Part shown: in pieces, positions 45,929 to 58,133 of the stretch
Numbering within the stretch: position 1 is the first letter of the stretch
How the letters are laid out: every line of letters starts with the position of its first letter
Made by a program: the position numbers and the translations under genes
From: Scyliorhinus canicula
Taxonomy: Eukaryota
Direction of reading: 5' to 3'
NCBI RefSeq assembly: GCF_902713615.1
Contig: NC_052158.1
Span: 17,790,546 to 17,854,545, forward strand
DNA: 64,000 nucleotides
The notes under the pieces: generated by a model
Database searches by the model: none
What the model was told of the DNA's origin: nothing
Seen by the model: the letters and a program-made list of their open reading frames with translations, nothing else

Positions 45929-48900
45929 ATGGCATCTCCAGATCTCACACAGGAACTAACCTGTCCCATCTGTCTGGAGATATTCACCCACCCGGTGTCT
46001 CTGGAATGTGGACATCATTTCTGCAGCTCCTGCATCTCCCAGAGTTGGCAGAAGGTCCCGGGAGATGTTTCCTGCCCCCAGTGTCGACAGGTCTTCACCC
46101 AGAGGAACGTCAGGCCCGCTCGGACCCTCATTAACATCGTGGAGAAGTTCAGAGAGGTGAAGGTGACACAGCCACAGGAGGAGTTTTACTGTCAGGAACA
46201 CGAGGAGAAGCTGAAACTCTTCTGTGAAGATGAACACAAAGCGATCTGTGTGGTGTGTGGGATGTCCAGAACTCATAAGACGCACAGTGTGATCCCAATA
46301 AAGGAGGCAGCCCAGATATACAAGGTACTGGATCACTGCTCCTGGCACAGGTAGATGGGGAAGAGGGACAGGGTGTAAGTCACAGAGAGAGAGAGTGTTT
46401 GTAGAATGTGGGGAGGGGAAGAGAGGGCTGGAGAGACAGGGATAGGGAAGGGGAGAGGGATGTTGAAAGAGGAGAGGGTTGGAGCGAGTAGAGGATTGAT
46501 TGAGGAGGGGAATTAACCTGGAGAAGGATAATTGCAATAAACAGAATTAACCCACAGCTTCTACTTTGTTTATTGAGTGTAATCAATCCTGAGAATATCT
46601 CCTTCTCTACCTCACTGGTCTAACTCTATTTAAAAACAGCAAACCCCTCCAGAAGGTGACAATGATTGTTTCCTTTGACAAACCCATTTGTGTCCTTTCT
46701 GTCTCAGAACAAGTTAGAAACATCATTGGAAACTCTGCAGAAGCAAATGGACCTCAGTCTTCACAGTAAAAGAGAACGAGAGGATGGGATTTTCCACATG
46801 AAGGTAGGAGAGTGTCCTTTAGGCTTTGTGTAAACTTCCCTGTGTTTGTTATTGAGAGTGAGTCAGCTTCTCACACAGTCAGAGAGAGAGTTTTACTGAA
46901 TAAAATGCTGCAGCTCCAAAGTACACTGCGGGCTGCTCCCTGAACTGCAATATAAGGGACCGTCTGTAAATTGCAGATTATGATAACAATGTGAAAATGT
47001 CTTAATTTCTCTCTCAAGCCAATCCTATCGATTGATGCAATAAATCTTGTCTTTAACTCATTCCCGGGGATCTATTATTCTATATATAAACCATCTGAAC
47101 CCCTCGATTATATTCCAGTCTGTAACTCACACCCAGGTATGCATGGGGCAGCACGGTAGCATGGTGGTTAGCATAAATGCTTCACAGCTCCAGGGTCCCA
47201 GGTTCGATTCCCGGCTGGGCCACTGTCTGTGTAGAGTCTGCACGTCCTCCCCGTGTGTGCGTGGGTTTCCTCCGGGTGCTCCGGGTTCCTCCCACAGTCC
47301 AAAGACGTGCGGGTTAGGTGGACTGGCCATGCTAAATTGCCCGTAGTGTCCTTAAAAGTAAGGTTAAGGGGGGGGGGGGGGGGTTGTTGGGTTACGGGTA
47401 TAGGGTGGATACGTGGGTTTGAGTAGGGTGATCATTGCTCGGCACAACATCGAGGGCCGAAGGGCCTGTTCTGTGCTGTACTGTTCTATGTTCTATGTAT
47501 ATATAAACCAACTGAACCCCTCAATTAGAGTCCAGTCTGTAACTCACTCCCAGGTATCCATTATTCTATACATAAACCATCTGAACCCCTCGATTAGATT
47601 CCAGTCTGTAACTCACTCCCAGGTATCCATTATTCTATATATAAACCATCTGAACCCTTCGATTAGATTCCAGTCTGTAACTCACTCCCAGGTATCCATT
47701 ATTCTATATATAAACCACCTGAACCCCTCAATTAGAATCCAGTCTGTAACTCACTCCCAGGTATCCATTCTGAATTCCTCAATTAGATTCCACTTAGTGA
47801 CTCAGCCCTTGATGTCTATTATTTCATAATTAACCACTGGAATCACTTGACAATGTTTGTTTGTAACTCACTCCCATATAGCCAATATCCCATCAAACTG
47901 TTGAGCAGACAGTGGGCTGTTATTATTTGTTATCCTTGCTGGATATAAATTTTTATCCCTATATCCCAGTGGACAGAGACCAGGGACACTGGGATAATAA
48001 ACATTGTTTATTCCGTTCTGTATTCAATCTGTTCCAGGCTGAAGTTGACAGACTGAGAAATGAAATCAACAGTGAATTTGAAAAGATGCACAAGTTCCTG
48101 TTTGAGAAGGAGGAGCTGATGAAAGCAGAGTTGGAGAGAAAAAGCAATAAAGTATTCGAGGAAATGGAGAACAATTTAACCAAAACCATGGAGGAAATCT
48201 CTTCTCTTGAAGCAGCAATAAGAGATCTTAAATCGAGGCTGGAGGTACAACTGGCCCCAGAGTTCCTCAAGGTACAAAATCTCTTTGCCTTGTCCAGTGA
48301 AACATTCCAGAGACTGAGGGCGGGGACTCTGACCTTTAACCTCTGGGTTTGGATTAGGCCTCAGTCCGATTGGTTGGATGATTGTCTCTTTGTGCTGTCA
48401 GTAAGGGTCCAATGGGAAATGAGGTGAGATAATCTCAGTGTGATTCCTATACACAGCGTAACCACGGCACTGATTGATGATTGGACTCCGAGAGAGCTGA
48501 TCTGGGAACTGGAGATGTTTACACTGCTGCAGATGGAGTTCTACTGAGATCTGCTGAGGATGGGTTAAAGTGCATTATTGCAGGGGTGATGGAGCTATGG
48601 TTAGAGAGATAAGAATGGGAGTGGGTGAGGGTAGAACGCCCAGCTGGACAACAGTGGAGAGGCGGTGGAGGAGGATGGCGTGATCGACCGTGTCAAAGGC
48701 TGCAGACAGACCGAGAATAATGAGGAGGGAAAGTTTGTAAGGATGGGTTTTTTGGGGAGAAGGGTGAAGATGTAGATTTAAATGAGAGAGAGAGCGGCAA
48801 CACCTGAAGAGATGAAACAGTTTACAATCCCAGCTAACATGGGGACCAGGAGGGGAGGTTGGGAGATCAGTAGTTTTTGGGAATTGGATGGAGGGGACAG

Positions 48901-51900
48901 GAGGTGGGTCTCATGGACAAGATGATCTCCGAGAGGGAATGAAAGGAAAAAATAAAAGTTATTTTCTAACTGAAATCTTGGTGTCTCAATTTCTACTCGA
49001 GATTTACAACAAGAACTCTTTAATCTGACTCGATCATATCTATTCTTTTTCATTCCCTTCAGGATATTCAAGACCTGTTGATGAGGTAAGCAGATATAAA
49101 GAAACAGTTTTGTGATGTGATCACTGCTGTCTCTCTAACACACACTGATTTCCAGACCTGTTTTTACAGGAATCAGATGGTGTTTCACAAGCCTGGAACT
49201 GTCTCCACTCAGTTACCTGTGGATATCGCTGGTGAACCATTCAAATATATCAAAGTGTGGAGGGAAATGAGAGCAGTGATTTCACCAGGTATCATTCTCT
49301 ATATATTACTATCTCCCTGCTGTTATCCACGTGATTAATGAGGTTTGACACACTGATGAAATGATCAGAAGATCAGAAGGAATAAGAACAGGAGTTGTCC
49401 AGCCAATTGAACCTGCTCTGATTTTTGATCAGATCATGTCTGATCTGATTGGGGCCTTTACTCCACTTTCCTGCCTCCCAGATGACCCTTAACCCCTTGT
49501 TGATCAACAATCTATGGAACTCGGTCATGAATCAATGACCCAGCCTCTGCTGCTCTCTGTGGTAGAGAATTCCAAAGACTAATATCCCTCTCCGAGAAGG
49601 AATTCCTCCTCATCTCTGTCTTCAATAGAGGCCCCTTCATTTTATGTTGTGTCACCTACACCTCGATTGGCCCAGAGATCAAACATCCTCCCAGCATCTA
49701 CCCTGGTGAAGGAATCCCCTCAGAATGTTATGTTTCAATAAGATAACCTCTTATTCTTCCAAACTCCAGTGAGTACAGACCAACCAGCTCAACCTTTCCC
49801 CATAAGGCAATCCCTTCATCCCAGGAATCAGCCCAGTGAACCTTCTCTGAACTGTGTCCAATGACAGTCTCTCCCTCCTGATGTAAGGAGATCAGATCTG
49901 AACACAGTACTCAAGCTGCAGTCTCACCAATCCCCTGTAAAGTTGGAGCAAGTCTTCCCTACTTTACACTCCATCCCTTTTCCAATAAAGGCCAACATTC
50001 CATTTGTTTTCCTCATTCCTTGCTGTACCTGGACACTAACGTTTAGTGATTGATGTACAAGGTCCCCCAGATCCCTCTGTACTGCAGCATTCTGCTGTCT
50101 CTTTCTACTGAAATAATTTGCTGCTTTTCTATTCTTCCTGCCAAGGTGGACAACCTCCCATTTTCCCACATTATACTCCATCTGCTAAATCTTAGTCCAC
50201 TCACTTAACCGGTCTATATCCCTCCGCAGACACTTTGTATCCACCTCACAACTTCCCAACCTCACTTAGTGGCATCAGAAAATTTAGCTACAGTACATTT
50301 TGTTTCTTCATCCAATCGGGAATATTGATCATAAATAGTTGTATCCCCATCACTGATCAGTAATCTCGGGAATTTGGAAATATCACAACCAATTAATCCA
50401 CTTTCTCTCCAGCCCCTCCTTTAAAATCCTGCGATGCAGGACATCAGGTCCAGGGGAGAAGTCGTCTTTAATCCCATTAGTTTTCCAGATACTTTTTCTC
50501 TGGTGATCATGATTGTTTTAAGTTTATCCCTCCCTTTTCCCTCCTGCTTTCCCCCAACACTGGATGACACCAGGTGTTGTTCTCTGTATAATTTGGGGTA
50601 TTTTATTTCCCCAGGTTATAAGAAAACATTTATTTCATGATCTTTTGACATGTCTAAGGGACATTGCCAGACCTCAACACTGAGCACTGATTGGTCCCCA
50701 CATGTCCCGTTGTCAACACTGATACACTCGGGCAGCATGGTGGCGCAGTGGTTAGCATTGCTGCCTCACGGCGCCGAGGTCCCAGGTTCGATCCCGACTC
50801 TGGGTTACTGTCCCTGTGGAGTTTGCACATTCTCCCCGTGTATGTGTGGGTTTCACCCCCACAACCTAAAAGATGTGCAGGGGAGGTGGATTGGCCAGGC
50901 TAAATTGCCCCTTAATAAAAAATAATATTAAAAAACACTGATACACTTCCCTTCACTCCATATACCAGTTACCATGACTACACTCTGTCCCCTTCTGTGA
51001 CCAAGGACAGGAAATCCCAACTTAGGCAGACTTCACCTTCTGTCTCTTCCTCAGGGTTTTTGTAAATGGAACTCAGTTCAGAGAAGTGTGAGGTTCATGT
51101 ATTGGGAGAGGGAAGATAAAGCAAGGGAATAGACAATAAGTGGTAAGATAGTGAGCGTTGTGGAGGAACAGAGGGAGCTTTGAATTTATGTCCACAGATG
51201 CCGGACAGGTGGATAAAGTGATGCAGATAACACACCGGATATTTTCCTGTACTGACCACGGAATAGAAAATAAGAGCAGCGAGATAATGTAGGAACTTTA
51301 TTAAACACTAGTTAGTCTACAGCTAGAGTACTTTGTATCTTTCTGGTCAGTGTGTTGGAGAGGTTACCGAGGAGATTAATGAGGGTGTTGGATGGATCAG
51401 AGAACTTGAGTTGTGAGTTATGATTGGATGGATTGGGATGGTTTTCATTGGATCCGAGAAGGCTGAGGGGAGATTTAATTGATGTGTATAAAATTAGGGG
51501 TGTCCTGAGTGGAAAGGAAGCCCCGAGTTCCATTACCTCGGGATCCATGATCAGGGAGAGTAGATACAGGGTAAGGGGGAGGAGGGTAAAAGGGGATTAT
51601 TTTCACTCAGGGTGTGGTCTGGATCTGGGAAAGGAAGATTGAGGCAGAATCGCTCATCACATTTATAAAGTAATCAGATCAACACTAAAGGTGCCGACAG
51701 GGTTACGGAGCAGGAACTGGAAACCGGGATTGGGCTGGAGAATTAATTTGCAGCCGAATCAGGTTGGTCTGGAATTGCGTTTTTCTGTGAATCCCAGAAT
51801 GTTTACAAAACAGGAGGAAACCAATCGGCCCATTGTGTTCCTGCTAGCTCGTTGCAAGATCAACTCCCCAGGACCATTCCTTCACCTTATCTCTGTACCT

Positions 51901-54900
51901 CTGAAGATTATATAGATACATAGAAGCAGGAGGAGGCCTTTTGGCCCTTCAAGCCTGCTCCGCCATTCATCACGATCATAGCTGATCATCCAACTCAATA
52001 GCTTAAACCTGCTTTCTCCCTTAATCTTTTGATTCCATAATCTGGTTAACCTTCGCTGCACTCCCTCGACAGCAAGAACATTGTTTCTCAGAAAAGGAGA
52101 CCAAAACTGCACACAATTCCCAGGTGTGGCCTCACCAAGGCCCTGTATAATTGCAGCAACACATCCCTGCTTCTATACTCGAAACCTCTTGCAATGAAGG
52201 CCAACATACCATTAGCCTTCTTTACAGCCTGCTGCACCTCCAGCATGCTTACCTTCAGCGACTGGTACACAAGGACATCCAGGTCCTTCTGCACACTCCC
52301 CTCTCCCAATGTACACACACCCAGGTAGTAATCTGCCTTCCTGTTTTTGCTTCCAAAGTGAATAACCTCACACTTATCCAAATTATACTGCATCTGCCAT
52401 TTTTTTGCCCACTCGCCCAACCTGTCCAGATCATGCTGTAGCATCCCTGCATTCTCGTCACAGTTCACAATTTGAAGAATAAAGGGGTATGGTGTTCGGG
52501 TGCGAAATTTTAGCTGAGTCCACAATTGATTAGCCATGATCTCATTGAATGGCGGAGCAGGTTCGAAGGGCCAGATGGCCTACTCCTGCTCCTAGTTCTT
52601 ATGTTATGTTCATCATCCCACCCAACTTGGTATCATCTGCAAACTTTGAGATGTTACATTTTGTTCCCTCATCCAAATCATTCATATATATTGTGAATAG
52701 CTGAGGTCCCAGCACCGATCCCTGTGGTACCCCACTGGTTACTGCCTGCCAATTTGAAAAGCCATTAATTCCTACTCTGGTTTCCTCTCTGCCAACCAGT
52801 TTTCTATCCACCTCAATACATTTCCCCCATCCCATGCGCTTTCATTTTGCACAATAATCTCTTATACAGGACTTTGTCAAACGCCTTCCGAAAGTCCAAA
52901 TATACCACATCGACTGGCTCCCCCTTGTCAACTGTACTGGTTACCTCTTCAAAGAATTCCAATAGATTTGACAAGCATGATTTCCCTTCATAAATCCATG
53001 CTGACTCTGACTGATCCTGCCATTGATTGTTCCTCATCAGTTAATAATTCAATTCCATATGAAAGCAGTGATTCAATCTGATTCCACCACAGTGCATTCC
53101 TGACCCTAAACACTTGCTGTGTGAATAGGTGTTTCCTCGCGCTGATATGGCTTCTTTTGTCAATCAGTTTAAATTCTGTGTCCTCTGGTTCTCTTCTCTC
53201 AGGGGAACCACCTCAGCTTCTCCAATCTGTGTCCGTAACTGAAGTTCCTCCTGCCAGGAATCATTGTGGTGAATGTTTCCTGCACTCTCTCTAATGCCCT
53301 CACATCCTCCCTCAAAGTGTGTTGCCCAGAACAGAGTTGAGGGTTAACCAGTGTTTTATACAGATATAACTTTGTCACTCTATTCTGTGTTAATAAAGCC
53401 TAAGATACTGCATTCTTATTAATCACTCTCTCTCAACTTGTCCTGTCACTGCTAATTGTGAAATGATGTTCTGTACATCAAGGTTTAGATCATTAATTTA
53501 CACCAGGAAGAGTCGGGTGCGAACACTGACCCCTGTGAACACTGATGTATAATCTATGTCCGGTCTGACAACAACCAACAACTCATTCACCCCATTTCAT
53601 ATCCATGTTGCTGCTATCCTCGTTATTCTGTACATTTTCTCTGTTTCTGTCTGTTAGGGTGACTGTTCCTCTGTTGCCACGGAGACCAGGGAACATACGA
53701 GGAGATTACAGAACAAAACTGTTGTATTGAGAGAGCTGAAGTAACTTCTCCGTCATTTAGATGGGAATTTTCTACTGGGATCACTCCTTCCGAGTGTGAA
53801 TGGAATTCCCAGTGGGAATGTAGCTGTTGTCCGTGTTATACCATCACTGAGTCAGAAAGCTGTAGATTTTTGTCCCATTCCAGAATCTGGAGCAGGAAGT
53901 CCAGACTGACAATCCCAGCTCAGTACTGAGGAAGTGCTGCAGTATTGGAGGAGCCTCTTTCAGCTGAGACATTACATCTTCTCAGCTGGAGAGCAATGAT
54001 CCAGTGGCTGGAGTTTGAAGAGGAGGAGGAGAGATCACCCCCTTGTCCTGGCAGAGATCTCAGAGGGGGGTGGAGGGCTCGAGTGGGAGAGCCCACCCCC
54101 TTTGTCCGAGCTGAGATCTCGAAGGGGGTGTAGGGCTGGAGGAGGAGAGCTCACTCCCTTGTCCTGGCTGAGATCTCGGAGAGGGGTTGTAGGGCTGGAG
54201 GGGGAGAGCCCACCCCCTTGTCCTGACTGAGATCTCAGAGCGGGGTGGAGGGCTGGAGTGGGAAAGCCCACCCCCTTGTCCTGACTGAGATCTCGGAGGG
54301 GGATGGAGGGCCGGAGGGGGAGAGCCCACTCCCTTGTCCTGGCTGAGATCTCGGAGGGGGGTGTAGGACTGGAGGAGGTGACAGAGATGGAGTGTGGGCA
54401 GTGAGAATTTTAAGTTCGAGGCATTGCTGGGTTCAAAGCTGATGTGGATCAGTGAGCACTGGGGGGGCTGAAATTATCAACAGGGGACAACCAGTGTCAG
54501 ATTCCAGTAGATTGAGTTCAGGGCGGTGACTGACTTCCTACAACTTGTCTTAACCGAGGTCTTGTACTGGAGAGAGATCTTTATTCTCAGTGAGTTGATG
54601 CTGATCTGTGCTGGGTGAATGGAGCTGAGGGAATGGGGAGGAATTTCTTCAGACACTCTGTCCCTGAGTTTCCACAGTTCCTGGGCTGAGGAAAGTGGTG
54701 ATGTCCCATCACCGTCTGTACATGTCTCGTCATTCACTCCTGTTTTTCTCACAGTAACAGCTTCCCAATCATGTTCTCTTCCAGTTCCAGCATCTCTCAC
54801 CCTGGATCCAGAGACAGCAAACAACCGACTCATCATTTCCCAGGATCTGACTAGTGTGAGGCACGGAAATGAGGAGCAAGATCTCCCTGAACATCCGGGA

Positions 54901-55317
54901 AGATTTGATCAATATGTCTATGTGTTGAGTTCCCAGAGTTTCACATCAGGGAGACACTACTGGGAGGTGGGTCTTGGAAACAAACCTTACTGGATTGTGG
55001 GTGTCTGCAGAGAGTCTGTCAACAGGAAAGCAGACATCACAGAGTCACCTGAGAATGGATTCTGGGTCATCGCCCGGCTTGCTGGCTGCAAATCATTGAA
55101 AATCCTGGATGCCATCTCCCAGCTCAAAGTGAAACCCCGGAAGTTGGGAATTTACCTGGATTATGAGGGAGGACAGGTGTCATTTTACGATGCTGAGGAC
55201 ATGTTTCACCTGTACACCTTCACTGACACATTCACCGAGAAACTCTTTCTCATCTTTAATCCCTGTCATAATAACTCTGGTAATAACCCTGAGCCACTCA
55301 CACTGCTCTCTGGGTAA
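45929..55317 (+). CDS. TRIM copy 4: intact 466-aa RING/B-box2/coiled-coil/PRY-SPRY E3 ligase (class IV, TRIM39/A33-like)
   Basis: Exons 45929-46324, 46708-46803, 48038-48271, 49063-49085, 49170-49288, 54785-55317; same sizes and phases as copy 2, no stops. Confidence 0.92.
47047..47795 (+). repeat. 69-bp minisatellite, intron 2 of copy 4, interrupted by a SINE
   Basis: Same unit as 6319-7710. Confidence 0.9.
47145..47497 (+). mobile_element. tRNA-derived SINE with CR1-type tail (HE1-like)
   Basis: Orthologous to 34171-34522. Confidence 0.9.
50729..50933 (+). mobile_element. Short tRNA-derived SINE with A-rich tail, specific to copy 4
   Basis: 14-bp TSD AACACTGATACACT (50715-50728, 50934-50947); A and B boxes present. 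Confidence 0.87.
51910..53030 (-). mobile_element. Nested or rearranged CR1 RT fragments, specific to copy 4
   Basis: Minus ORFs with [37 protein letters not shown] and RPHL motifs; absent at this position in other copies. Confidence 0.85.
54035..54378. repeat. 58-bp G-rich VNTR, ~6 units, copy 4
   Basis: Same unit as 13230-13575. Confidence 0.9.
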
Positions 55318-55555
55318 CACAGTGGGACACGTTTTGGGAGGTCGGAGTTTTAGTGAGAAGCCTGATTCACTGTCTGAACAGCTCATGTTGTCCTGATTCT
55401 CTGCTGTGTGCTGTCAGGGGGCGAGTGTGTTTCTGTATTGTTTATTCTGTAAATTTAACTCAGATTCTCCACCCATCCCACTGTCCCAATCTCAATCTAA
55501 TGGGATCCATAAACACTGGGCTGGTATAGAATGAAGCAAAATCTCCTGAATTGTG

Positions 55556-57704
55556 TTTTTTTTTAATTTAAATGTTTTTATTCTCTATTTTCACATTTTC
55601 CTTCAAAATTCACACCCCACCCACAGATAGTAAACGGTAACAAATAGAAGATCAATCCCCTTAACAATAACAACGATCCCATCCTCCACCACCCCAAACA
55701 ACGGCCCACCTGTCAATATATGCATCCAATAAAATAAACCCTCCCACAAAGGAGAAAAAGAAAAAGGAATCCGGGACCGCCCATGGTCACCATGGAGTCC
55801 ACTACCCCCTCCTCCCCTCCACACTCAATGCCGTCGAACCTCTGAAAGAGTGCCGCACATGATACCCAGGAGTTGTAAACCCCCACCACCCCCAACTCCT
55901 CACCCCCACTGCCTCTTGTAAAGCTCCTCCCCCCAACCTCAGTTCCTTCCCCCCTTTCCACCCCGGCTAGACCACTCGGACCCTGTTCTGCCAGGCTCCG
56001 ATGGCCGCAGCCCCTCCCCCCACCTCACTCCCGTTCACTGGCTGGCTTAGACCAGCCAACGTGGAGACCCCCGCCCGGGTCCCTGTCCCCCTTGCCCGAC
56101 CCTAGGAAAGCCCAAAAATCCCCTTTTAGCACACAAACCCCGCATATCCACCTACACCCCAAAGAGCCCTCTCTTCGAGTGAAAGTCCCAGCACTTCCCT
56201 TGTCCAAATATGTACATCATTGGCTCCTTTAGCCCATACACCCGCACGCAGTCATGAGGTTACATCGGCACATGGTCATTTCTCAAATTCTTAGTTCTGC
56301 CACAGTCCTTCTCCCTTCGCAAACTCCTCCGCTGCTTCCGCCGTTGCAAAATAAAAGTCCTTGAGCTTGTAAGTAACCCTCAGCTTCGCTGGATATACAA
56401 TGCCTGCACTGCATCTTGCTAATGTACAGTGCCCTCTTCACCCGGTTGAACGCCGCCCGCCTCCTTGCCAGCTCCACCGTAAGTCCTGGTATACACGTAT
56501 ACCAGCTCCAGCCCACTGCACCACCCGCTTCTGCTTGGCCCAGCACAGGACCTTCTCCTTCACACTGTACCTACGGAAGCACAGAGTCACTACCCTTGGC
56601 AGCTCACTCGCCTTTGGTACAGGCCTCCACCACCGATGAACCCGATCCAGTTCATATCGGGAGGGATCCTCCCCCTCCCCCAATAGTTTCACAAGCATCG
56701 CAACAAAATACTCAGTCGCCCTCGTCCCTTCAACTCCTTCGTGCAGCCCCACAATCCTCAAATTCTGTCACCTGGATCTGTTTTCCAGGTCTTCCATTTC
56801 TCCTCGCAGATCCTTATTAATCTCCACACCTTCCGCATCTCCTTCCCCATCGAGGTAAGTTGATCACCGTGCTGCAATAACGTCTCCTCCACTTCCTTAT
56901 GCACCTCCCCTTGCTCCCGCACCTCCAACACTGCGCTCACCAACGCCGTCGTCACCTGGGAAACCATCTCCTCCACCAGCACACTCAAAACCTCCCTCAT
57001 CTCCTTCCTCATTGTCTCCATGTATTTGTAAACTGCCTTTCGAATTCCACAGCCATTACCTTAGTTATTTCTTCAGCCGTAAGCAATGCGGCCTCCCCGG
57101 TGCTCCAGCCTCCATTTTCCTTGGTGACCCCGCGGTGACCTTTCTACTCCAAGACGAACTTTCAGCTGTTTTCACAGCCGTTTTCTTACTGGCCCTCGAC
57201 ATATCCCTTCCCTGTGCTTTCTCCTGGCCTTCACCGCCTTCGCTGCCCCTAGGACCGGGCGTCAATCCCTGACAATGCCGTTCCCGAACGGGAGCCCTCC
57301 AACGCCCGGCTGGCTCCCACCCGCCGTCACCGGGAAGTCAGCCGTCACCCGCTTCTTCAAGGGCCTTGGTGAGATCTTTTCACAGTTGTTCCCTCTGCTG
57401 CTGGAATTCAGCTTTAATAAAGGCCCTCAAGTCAGCTTGAGGCCTTTAAGCTCGCCCTTCCCCCGCCTGCATGCTGGAAGAGGCTTTTGTCATTGCTGCA
57501 GCTTCAGCCAAATCTTTCACTGTTTCTGCAGGTCTGTTAACCAAGAAACATACCTTTCCTGGGGGAAAGTACTCCTCCAACATTCACCTACGCCTTTTCA
57601 TCAAAATTCCACCCCGTGTTGATTAAAAAAGAGCTCTTTTCTGTAACCTTGGGCAGGAGCCGCCTTGTGTGTGACCACTTACTCCATGGTGCACACCAGA
57701 AGCC
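55556..57704 (-). mobile_element. ORF1-only L1-derived element (HAL1-like), 2149 bp
   Basis: 13-bp TSD CTCCTGAATTGTG (55543-55555, 57705-57717); AATAAA and A-tail at the left end on the minus strand; L1 ORF1 homology; no EN/RT sequence seen. Confidence 0.85.
56283..57202 (-). pseudogene. L1 ORF1p (coiled coil, RRM, CTD), frameshifted
   Basis: MSRASKKTAVK start, RIVGL.EGVEG, ELDRVHR, IRVYQDL and ELARRRAAFNRVK motifs across broken frames. Confidence 0.85.
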
Positions 57705-57860
57705 CTCCTGAATTGTGGTAACTGTGCCCAGCTATCGAACAATTCATTGTGAATCTGTATTTTGTTTCTTCCCTTGAATAAATATTTTATTTGAAGACGG
57801 GACTGACACCTGGTGTGATGATTATTGATTCAGTGAATGAGCAGAAAGAATGTTTTTTCA

Positions 57861-58100
57861 GAACGCAGGCCAGGAGCGGCAGCGGCCACGACCGAAGCGG
57901 GGCCCAGCCGGCAGTACGGAGGGCGGGGAGGAGCGGCGTGCGGCAGCCCAAACGGAGCAGCGGGGAACGACCCACCCCCCCCCAAACAAAGCCCAAAAGA
58001 AAACAGGGAGAGAGGGGGGAGGGGGGAATATATTACTTTCTCTCTTTTTACACTCTCCTCTCACATCCAAAACAAGCCCACCAGAGAGGAGTTGTATAAA

Positions 58101-58133
<33 letters not shown>

